Both the position numbers and the translations under genes were made by a program. Below, one piece after another: positions 53,801 through 64,000 of a stretch of DNA of 64,000 nt (position 1 is its first letter; the number at the start of each line of letters is the position of its first letter). The notes under the pieces are model-generated. The model did not search any database and was not told where the DNA came from. It was given only the letters and a program-made list of their open reading frames with translations. Source of the DNA: Epiperipatus broadwayi (lineage: Eukaryota > Animalia > Onychophora); NCBI GenBank assembly GCA_028023455.1, contig JAQFVV010000002.1:5208001-5272000 (forward strand), given 5' to 3'.

Positions 53801-56219
53801 TTTGTTGGTTCGAACATTGAATATACATTTTGTATTTTCAAATTTCTTAGGAATAACTTAGTTAATTCAGGTGAAGTATATATCTTGCTATTAGTTCGTA
53901 ATTTTTAGCCTCATAGAGTTAGGCTTAGTTAATAATTTTGAGTATGCTTTATAGAGTAGACAAAGTCCTCCATCCTTATTGTATTGTATTTCCGTGATTT
54001 GATAGTGCTTGTCCCCAAAAGAGGGTTATTGTATTTTTCAGTGATGATGATCACATTTATAAGCATTGGAAATCCCATGAGAGGACCATGCTTTTCTGGT
54101 ATGTTTTTCTGTTTCCAGATACACTGTAGACAAGGTCCAGGTATCTTAGTTTCTGTCTCAAAGTTAGGTAATTTTGAAAGCCTCCACATTCTTTTCCAGC
54201 TCTGAGGAGCTTATTAATTTTATATTTTAACCTATCATTCATGATGACTTAATGCTAATTCCACCACAGTAGGTGATGTTGCATTTGTTTTAGATTAGTG
54301 ATGACAAGTCATGTGTGTTTGAGGAACTTTGTTTCTTCAGATAGTAATAACTATTTTTAATGCTCATAGGTATATCAATGTTTGAATTGTGTTGATATGA
54401 TAGTTTTATCATTCACAAGCTAATCAACAATAAGTTCTATTTATTTTTAAGAATGTTAAATATATGCATATGGTATAAGTGGCAATTCACACATACTAAT
54501 TTTAATATTTTCATCCAGAGTTTCGCCGCTGGATTTGTAAGTCTGTTACATTGTTAAATTTTAAAACATTGAGGGTAATAGTTTTATGTGGACTAAATTT
54601 ATTTAAAAGAGTATAACTGATCTCTGATGGGTGAATGCCCCATACATTTAATTTAGTTTAATTTTAAAATTAGCTTAGTCTGTTTTAAATATATCACTAG
54701 TTATAATATTAGTTATATCAGTGTAACTAGTGATGATATATTTTTTTTTCAAAAATATGCTGAATATGCTTATTCCAGTTTAGCGTTTATTAATCTCAGG
54801 ATTATAAAGTTAAGATTAGGGTTTCAAATACAAACCTAGTTGTGTGTTATTCTGATTACTAGATAACACCATAATGTTTATAAATTATTCTAATTTAAAA
54901 AAGTAGTAGTGTGCTTATTAGATACAGACATTATAATTAAAGTTTAAAGTTTTTCTTTAAAAAAATCTCTAATTGTTAAAAGAGATTAAAATTGAATAGC
55001 CTTTGCCTGCTATTATGTATAACTATTATTTGATTGATTTATTTAGCAGAATAAACAAGATAAAAAAAAATTTTAAGAGGGATAATTAAAAATAGTAGTT
55101 AAAGAAGTTGTATACTATTGTAAGCCGAATAAAATTGTTAAGTCAAAATACTTGTATTAGGTCCCAGTGCGATATTGGCAATGTTTGTATTCCATTTAAT
55201 TTATAAGTATTTCTTATTATTCTTAATAAACCAAATTAGTATTATTTCAAAAAGTTTTGTTTTGTTTGTTTTACTTTTATATGAAAATATTATTGTCTTG
55301 GGTTTCCAGTTCACAAAATCTTAAGTTTCCAAAGTTTATTAAATCTTTAATTCAAAAGTTCACAAATATATCAAAAAGTTAACTAAATATATGTGATATT
55401 AATTTTAAAATTATAAAGCCTTGCTAAAGTAAGGAATTCTTAGATTGAATCACAATAACAGATAATTGCATTATATCAGATACTTAATTAAATGCTTAAT
55501 TAAAAGTTTATTTTTAAATTATCAGTATATCTTCTTAGAATAAAGATTATGCAATATGTGATTAAGAATATTAGTATTTCAGAAGAATATTTTTATTTTA
55601 AAAGCTGCATATTATCTTATATTAACTGCACATTATCTATCATTACTTTAAATCTTATATGTTTAAAGAATTTTAATTCATCTGCATTTGAGATCTTGAG
55701 TAGGTTGTCTGTGAGTAGGGGAAAGGCATAAAAAATACCCTTGTCCTTTTCTTTGCTCGAGTAATGTCTTGGATAATAGGCCATTATTAGTTTAAATTTA
55801 AATTGATTCATTCAGTTTGTGAATTAATATTTGTTTTGTTTATTATTTTAAGATTGCACCATAAGATTGTTATTTTGTGGTCAGCTAAGATATCACTCAT
55901 TTGTTTTATTCACCCAGCAATTATTTAATAGGCAACTTAAACTTTAATTTTGCACAAGAGTTTAGTTTTAGAATCCCGGAGCTTATTTACTCTTGTTGCC
56001 TTGTTAGATATAATTTAGTAAGATAATCTTCCATAATCAAGGTATCATTATTTTTATTCAGAGTGTATGAACTGTTGATAGGACTATTCTAATCACCATT
56101 AATTAATGATTTTAAATAATCTTTTGTATGGTTTAGTATTAGAGTATTAGTATGCTCTAATAGTTATAGTTGCATTAGTATTGGATTTGGTCTCTATCTG
56201 ATTATACATCTCTGAATCA

Positions 56220-56680
56220 TCATCATCTCTTTTCTTAAATTTTATTGTAACCCCACTGAGCCGAGTCATTAAGAGTCTCTCATTTTGTTTCTTTTCATAT
56301 CATTTTTCATCTCTCTTTCACATTTCTTCTATCATCTCATCCATTTCATCATCCATTTCAAATTATTTATGTCATTTCTTCTTCTCTTTCCATCTCTTTC
56401 TCCACTACATATTATTTCTTGTTTCTTTCAGTTCTTTTCATCTTTTCTTGTCTCTTTCTTTCAATTATCATCTTTCTCTCTAATTCCATTTCTAATCTTT
56501 TCTTATTTATTTCATTTCTTTTCCTCTTTTCTTTTCTCTCTCTTTCATTATTATCATCTTTCTCTCCATAATTCCATTGCTAGATTTTTTCATCTTTTCT
56601 TCTTTCTCTCTCGTTTTATTCTCTTCTTCTTTTTCTTTTCCATTTCACTTTCCCTACTCTCTCTCTCTCTCTCTTTTCTT
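56220..56680. repeat. Pyrimidine-rich (TC/TTC/CAT) low-complexity tract
   Basis: Directly visible; explains the F/S/L-rich pseudo-ORF 56285-56716. Confidence 0.85.
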
Positions 56681-57594
56681 TTAGGTTACAATATATATAT
56701 ACATACAATCATTTAATTCAAATTGAAAGTTAGATAAAGATCCAACTGAATATTTAAGTATTATATCATAATAGAATTTTTATCAATAATAGACTTTTGT
56801 ATTTTTATTAAATAACTTTCATTTATGAATAAAATACTTTTTGTAAGCACTTATATTCAATTCTAAACTACGAGTCTTAATGAAGTGTAACCATTTTAGT
56901 TCAATATTATAATTAAACACACATTAATTGTTATCATTAGCAATCTTTTATAAGCAAGAAAACCTAACTCCAGTTAAAAAAGCAAAGTCAAAATAGAAAA
57001 AGACAAAAATTAAAAAGTTTTATAATCCTTAAACTACAAATACATTTACATATATTATTGTTATGCTATATTTTAACTTCTTCTGTAGTAAACTTTCTTT
57101 TTGAATGACTTCTTCATTTTATTCTATTATCCAATAAATTTTTTATGAAAGTAATCAATATTGAGCCCTGCTTTAAAGTATATTTGAGATAACTTTATAT
57201 GGGATGTTATTAATTTATAAATTATTAAAAAAGCATTTTATTAAGGTAAACAGTTTTGTTTTTGTTGAATATTAAGGAAATGTAATAGTAAAAAGGGACA
57301 AATAGTAAAAAAGTCATTTGTGTATATAAAAATACTTGTAAGATTAAATAGTTTTTCTATAAAAATCAGTATGGGAAATCATGTAAGACAGAGTTGCCTA
57401 TTTCCAAATGAGAATTGTGTTTATTGACAAAAATAAAGTTAATTTTGAAAATAAAATAGTTTATTTGCTATACTTAAAAATATTCTTGAATTTTTAGTTT
57501 TTGGAAAAAAAAAAGTCAAAAACGAAAACATTGAAAATTTATTTTCTCCATCTACTTTAAGAAATCAAATAATTTAAGTAAAAGGGATTTACAT

Positions 57595-58370
57595 TCTAAG
57601 CACGTGCCCTGTAATGTTGTTATAATCTCTCAATGATCTCTTGTTGAGTACTAGGATAATCTCAAACCAAGGCACAAGACACAGACTTTTGAAAAGATAA
57701 GAGTGGCTGTCTTATCTTTTGTCCCTACATTTAATTATATAGACTAATATAAATCATTGTGCTATTATAACAATGTTACAGTGCATGTGCATAGGGTGTA
57801 AATTCCTTCTGTTTAAATTATATATGATCTCTGTGCTAATAAATAAAATTGAATACTACATAGTTTCTAATAGTTTGTAATATTAATACATAGTAAATTG
57901 AAAATTTTTTCTAACATTAAAATACAGAAAGAAATGAAATGTATGTAAAATGAATAAATCCCATTTGTTTAAATTACATATAATCTCTATGCTAGTAAAT
58001 AAAAATTGAATATTACATAGTTTTTAATAGCTCATAATATTAACACATAGTAAATTGAAAAAGTTTGCTAATGAAAGAAATGAATGGATATAAAGTAAAT
58101 AAAAAATATTTTCACTCTCTCAAACTAAGATGCTTTAGATTGGCCTATATAATTAAATTAAGGTACAAAAGATAAGATGGCCACTCTTAGCTTTTCAAAA
58201 GTCTCTATCTTGTGCTTTGGTTTGAGAGTATTCTCATATTTAACAAGATATCATTGAACTATTATAACAACTTTATAGTGCATGTGGTCAGGATGTAAAT
58301 TCCTTTTGTTTAAGTTACATATGATATCAGTGCTAGTAAATAAAACTGAATATGACATAGAATGTCAAAT
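57595..58370. repeat. Rearranged repeat with inverted and tandem partial copies
   Basis: 57600-57757 is the reverse complement of ~58140-58290; 57763-57875 is a direct copy of ~58260-58360; 57830-57905 is duplicated at ~57990-58065. Confidence 0.8.
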
Positions 58371-59319
58371 AAGTAAAAAAGTTAGAAGTATAGATTAATT
58401 GATGATAAAAGTAGCTGTTAAATAGTAAATGAAGATTGAAATAAATGAACAAAAGTTACTGCATGCCCCAATGAAATTAATAAAAGAAAAAGAGTTGTCA
58501 AGTTTTATGATAGCTTACTGCTTTGTATGAAATAGAAACTTGAATGTTTAAATTTTAAAACAATGGAAGTTTTAGAATTAGCCACACACACAAAAAAAGA
58601 GAGAGATAAAGATTTAATGAAAAAATAAGACTGAAAATGTAATAAGCAGATGAAAATAAGAAGTAAAAAAATAATTGACAAAATTAAAAGAAGGAATTGA
58701 AAAGGTATGACATGTCTTTCAATAAAAAAGATACATTAGAAAGAATTGCTGAATATGGAAGCAAAAAAGAAAAGGTGATTTATGACTGGTAGGGGAAGGA
58801 GCATAGAAATACTAAGGTTTGGAACATAGGAAGAAGTGTGAATTTTGATTTTGATAGCTACATACATAATCATGATGTTTTTTGAGAGGTATTTGTTATA
58901 AAACTATTCTGTACTTACGAAGTATTTATAATGTATTTGACTATAAAAATATAATGATTGGAGAACCTTTAAATAATAGATAGTAGAAAAATAAATGGTT
59001 TTTAATATTTATATTACTAACAATGAAAAAAACAAAACAACTATTACTATCTACATTACAATTTATAAATTTAAATTATTTTTATTTATAGTCAAAAAAT
59101 AATGTTAAATAAAATTAAACATATCAAAGAAAGAGATTTGAAGTTAGCTCCTCACCTAATAGCAAATTCCACATGGAATCTTATTAATATTGGACATTAA
59201 GTAATTTAATGGTTTATAAATGTATTGCCAAATTTAATGTTATTTTATATTTTTTTCTTTATTGTAAACATAGTTAAATAAACCTGTTTTTGAAACTAAA
59301 TAAAATTAAACATAACAAA

Positions 59320-60160
59320 AACCGGGAAAAATATACCAGTCGTAATAAAATATGGGATTCAAAAAAAAATTTAAAGGTAATAAACTAAATCAAACTCCTC
59401 TTTCTTATTTAAATATAAATGCAAAAAAGTTTTTTTAATTTAAAAAAAAAATATTTTATGTTTTTATATAACTATTTGCAAATTACGCAACTTTAAATTC
59501 ATTGCATTACTTGTGAACTTTTATATTTTAATCCTAATTAATGTACTGTACCTTTTGTTATGTAGAAATTTTAAAAGGTACGCGAATATGTGTATGTTTA
59601 TAAACACAGTATAAAGCAAAGTAATTAGCAACCCCCCTCTCATTCCAGTTGTAATGAATTCCTTCTCTTCTCTCATTAATAAATGATTCGCTTGCAGAAG
59701 ATTTATTTTTCTTAGAAAATTTTTAAAATAAGATCATTCTTTCGTCTACTCATTAAAATCTGAAGGGTAAGTTGTCATTCAGATTTTAAAAGTGGAACTA
59801 ATATTGATAGATTAAACGCTGGCCTCTGGTGAGGATGTTTACAAAAGCGAAAATTATATTCATCACTTCAAGTTTAGATCGGAAGTCTGAGTTCGGTTAA
59901 AAAACATGCTAGCTTTACTACTGCAGAAAATAATGTTTACTTTAATAAGAAATATTGAAAAACCAACCTACACTAAACATCAGTTTATATATATTATTAT
60001 TTTATATCGTAAAAAAAAACATTTATTTTTATAATCATGCATATATATATATACTCAGATAAATGTACTGTTAGTATTATTAATATAATTTTACAGTAAT
60101 AAATTATTAATATAATTTTACAGTAATAATTATATTACTATTTGCGATAATCGATATTTC
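59320..60160 (+). promoter_or_regulatory. CpG-retaining island; candidate promoter or non-coding exon
   Basis: More than a dozen CpGs (ccggg, cgcg, ttcgc, gatcgg, ttcgg...) in an otherwise CpG-poor window; strong splice donor AAGG|gtaagt at 59767. Confidence 0.35.
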
Positions 60161-61427
60161 TTGATCCTCTCCATCAAACAATGAAAAGATCTCTTTGGAA
60201 AATATCATACAAAAGTTTAGAAATGTTGAATTAATATTTCTGTAATTAAGTAATTCACTTTTGTTTGCTTATATCCATGTTGAAATAAATAAAACTGTTG
60301 TGTATATACTAAATAAAGTATCAAATATCATAGTAATAAATGTATTGTAAATTTAAGTTTAAGACCTTGTAGTATTTACAATGTTAAGATCTTATCATGT
60401 TGATTATTGAAATAATCACAAACCATGGTTTTTGTAGGTATCATTCTTTTATTTCATTGTTGTTTCCAAAGTCCCTCTAATGATGGTGGTTTTTCTTCTT
60501 CTTGAACACTGGTGATGTTAGAGAATAAATATAGCAGCACTGATGACATTATATGAGGAATAGTATGTAAGTCTTGGATTTTTGATATACAACACTGTCC
60601 ACTTCTTCCTTCATTGCATTATTGAGGTATTGCACTGGCTAGTTGTGCAAACTTCAGTGTTAGTTTTGGGATCTGACTGCATTTTCTGGCATTTTGGCTA
60701 GTGTGGTTTTTCTTTTGCCTAGCAGCACATTACAGAAAAATTTCTACAAGATAAAGCTATCATACTGATTATTAGGACTAGAGTATTGTAAAATACTCTT
60801 ATAAACAGTCAGTAGAATATAACTATCCAAGTTATGGGGGGAAAAGTTTTAATCAGCAATTGTTTCTCTCACCAGCATGGATCACTGTGACACTGCTTCA
60901 AAAGTAGATGAGACTGGAATATAAAGCACTATGTTGGATGCCTAAAATTTGAATGCCTATTATCTTGTTTCAGACCTATTTATATCTATTTGATATTGTA
61001 CAAACATGTTTTAAAATGATGGATAAGTCATATTTATATATTGGACTATTTCCACCATCTAATATAAACATTGAATGTCTTTAAAAAAATTTAACTTTAT
61101 TTAAATATTCCAAATACATCGACTGTTAGTAATAGTCCAATAAATAAATACAATTAAAAATACCATCGTCACAAAACTTCAGGAAAATACAACAGGTATA
61201 TCACCAGCAAACTAAAATACTTCAAAAATGTTTTGGATTTTTATAAACTATGCAATTCAAAATACTTTCATGTATCAAAAGCATCACCCTCCTTTCTTCC
61301 ACTGCAATGTAACTTATCATTCTACCATTCACATAATAGTAATATGCATAAATTAATTTTATTCTTAATTTTATCAGCAGTTTCTTCAGTGGCATATATA
61401 TACATGCATATATGAAAAATGGTAGTT

Positions 61428-61433
<6 letters not shown>

Positions 61434-61458
<25 letters not shown>
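61434..61458. repeat. (TA)n microsatellite
   Basis: Directly visible. Confidence 0.85.
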
Positions 61459-61842
61459 TAATCAATTCACATAATTTTTTCTTCTTTGTAGCATTGTAAT
61501 ATAACCAATCTGAACTGTATAGGAGTTGTTATAGTTATAAAATATTTCCATGGATTGTTATAATAAAGAATTTATCCTTATCATTCTTATTTGTAATCAA
61601 TTGGCCAAAACACTTTGCATATTGGCTAAAGAAAAGATTATACATATTTATTTTTATTAAACATAGCTAAGCATGCTTTGGGCTTATAAAACTCCAACAA
61701 AAGAGCTATTATAAGTTAATGAAAACTTAGCCTCAGAGATTGTCAATTAGTAGCAATTGATAGTTTCTTAGCAACATTAAAAGGTCAAAGTTATCTCTAT
61801 TTACATGGATATAATCTTATTCTTATTTTAATTATATATATA

Positions 61843-62741
61843 TATGAGGGGAGGCCCCAAAATAACCAGAATAATTCTTTGTTTTGTGCACCTGTTATAG
61901 TATATACTTTTGTTGTTACATATTTTTTGCAGGAATTTTTCTGCATCAATCTGGTGAATGACATAACTGTCAGAAATTGTGAGGCCACACAACACGTTTT
62001 TTGTAAAGTGCATTTTGTGTATTTGGCAATTTTTTTATAATGGATAAAATGTTCAGATAATGTGAACTTCTGTTTTTGTTTACAGAAAACAGCAAGGAAA
62101 AAATTCTAATGCTTGAAACAGATTACAAGCAAGCTAATCTCATAAAAACACAAGTTTATGAGTTGTTTAATTGAAATGTTAAATTTACCACATCCTTAAA
62201 AAGTGTCACAAGTGAAATCCAAAGTCAAAACAGTGAGACTTTTTTATGCAAATGGCATTTTTCTCTCAAATTTAATTCATAATGGTCAGGCATTTTATCT
62301 GAAAGTTCTAAAACATTTACATGATGCAGTAAAATGTAAACATCCTGTTTTGTGGCAAAAAAATAGTGCAAGCTCAACCCCAACAAAGTGTCATCTCTCA
62401 ATCCCTTGAGTATGAAACACTTCTTAATTAAATTCAGCATGACCAGCTTATCTATCAGCCATATTCACTCGATCTTTCTTTGTGAAATTTTTTAAAATCT
62501 CTTGAATGAAATAATATCTCAATTTTCTTTTGCAGACATATAACTGAGAAGAAAAATGATGGAGGCGTTAAAATACATCACTTTGTGTTTCCAGATTACT
62601 TTGAAAAGTCACAAATTGGTTTAGTCTGGCTCTCTGCATTAAATAGACTATACTTTATAAAGCAATTCAAATTGCAACACCTAAAAATAAATATATATTT
62701 TTATATTATGAAATTACGATTATTTTTGGTTCCCTTTTGTA
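61843..62741 (+). mobile_element. Internally deleted mariner transposon with both TIRs
   Basis: TA-TGAGGGGAGGCCCCAAAATAACC at the left end and ttatttttggttcccttttg-TA at the right end. Transposase pieces: NVNFCF.LQKT, MLETDY...KTQVYELF, QVKSKVKTVRLFY.NG, FYLKVLKHLHDAVKCKHPVLW, QPYSLDL (PYSPDL). Confidence 0.85.
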
Positions 62742-64000
62742 TACATATAAATTTGAAAGTTGGTTTGTTAATTAAGATATTGCACTATTCTTGATGAAAC
62801 ATGCACAATTTTTTTTCCATTTGTTCTTTATGGTGCTAAATTGTTTTAAAAAATTTGGTAATTTTCTACTAATTCAAATAATGGTATGGGTATAGCTAGG
62901 ATAGCATTAAAAATAAAAATGAATGATTAAATACCTGATATTCACTATTAAGCAAATATAAAATACCAACATCTGATTTAAAACTTTATAATAAAAATGG
63001 TTATAAAAATTCTTAAGAAATTAATAAATTAAAACCCTGTATTAAATATTAAAAAAAGCTATTTATATATCTGAGTGCCTGTGTATTACAACTATTTATT
63101 CTCAATTAATTTTTTAAAAAATTTTCTTATTATTTATACAATGAAAGTGTTTAAATAAAAGAAGTAGAATTAAAAAATTTTGTCGATTTAATTTATTTAC
63201 CAAACTCTAATTAATCTTCAATAATAATTATTAACATTTGATTAAACTTATAAACTTTAATACTTTTTGTAAATATATTCAATCATAGCTGATAGTTAAA
63301 GGTTTAGCTTACAATATCTTTCTAAACAACATATTGCTTAGATATGCTGCATTAGATTTGCAGTTTTGACTTCGGTTTTATTAATGAATGTTGTTTATTA
63401 AAATTAAAATTTTGAATAATAAATCTAATATGTAAATGATTTGTGATTTTTTTATTATCCTATTGACTTATCTTTTCTCCTTCACAATCCCATTACAATA
63501 TATTTATATAAGTAAACGATTTTAAATAACCTCCTACAACACTACCAAAGAAGAACATTTTTATAATTTCATTCTTTGAATTCCTGCTTATGAATTAATT
63601 AGAAATGGATAGCTAATTAGATTGGTTAAGAAATGGCTAATTTTTTTTTAAAAAAAAAAACCCTTAATCTTATTTGAAAATTCACAACTCCATGAAAAAA
63701 TTTCAATATATGAATAAATATAATAAAAAATAAACAAAAGCAGAGTTATATTTTTCAATTAGTCAATTTTATTCTTTTAAAGAAAAAAAAATTCTTTATG
63801 AAAAGAGCCTTGAAGCTAACAATTGAATAAAATTATTTTGAAAAGTTTTACTTTTGAGAGAAGACAAAAAAAAAAAAAAACAATTTTCAGATTTATCAAG
63901 GTTATATAATAATTTTTTATGAAGTTCAGTATTTATTTACATATTTTTTCAAAGCACAAGTCATGTGAATATTTGTCTGTGTATATATATTAAATATTTC

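Noticed and set aside
56285-56716. 143-aa hydrophobic F/S/L-rich ORF
   Set aside because: Translation of a pyrimidine low-complexity tract.
17371-60560. Isolated CTGATGA hits at ~17372, ~49375 and ~60541
   Set aside because: No stem II-GAAA-stem III arrangement around them.
60430-60780. Minus-strand AMKEEVDS resembling the start of a Copia RT
   Set aside because: No other Copia motifs or LTRs nearby.

Overview
Very AT-rich, strongly CpG-depleted eukaryotic (probably invertebrate animal) DNA, dominated by decayed mobile elements. I could not assemble an intact host protein-coding gene; most short ORFs in the track are spurious or transposon debris. Recognisable elements: a young RTE-clade LINE (1-2230) with two older truncated copies, a near full-length L1/Tx1-like LINE (11050-16500, minus), other L1/Tx1 fragments, three Penelope-like (RT and/or GIY-YIG) relics, a mariner with both TIRs, and a probable piggyBac remnant. 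The main result is a family of ~460-480 bp tandem repeats at three loci (3406-4345, 10075-11030, 42452-44515) with 11 type I hammerhead ribozyme (HHR) motifs, 4 of them with intact catalytic cores. Each has a palindromic stem III that requires dimerisation, and an extended stem I with a UGG bulge and compensatory base changes. All three loci share an outward-pointing inverted architecture. This fits a non-autonomous, Penelope-mobilised non-LTR retrozyme family predicted to yield ~470-nt circular RNAs, with possible internal Pol III boxes and visible CpG-decay erosion of the ribozyme. All structure and homology calls are by eye; no folding or database searches were run.
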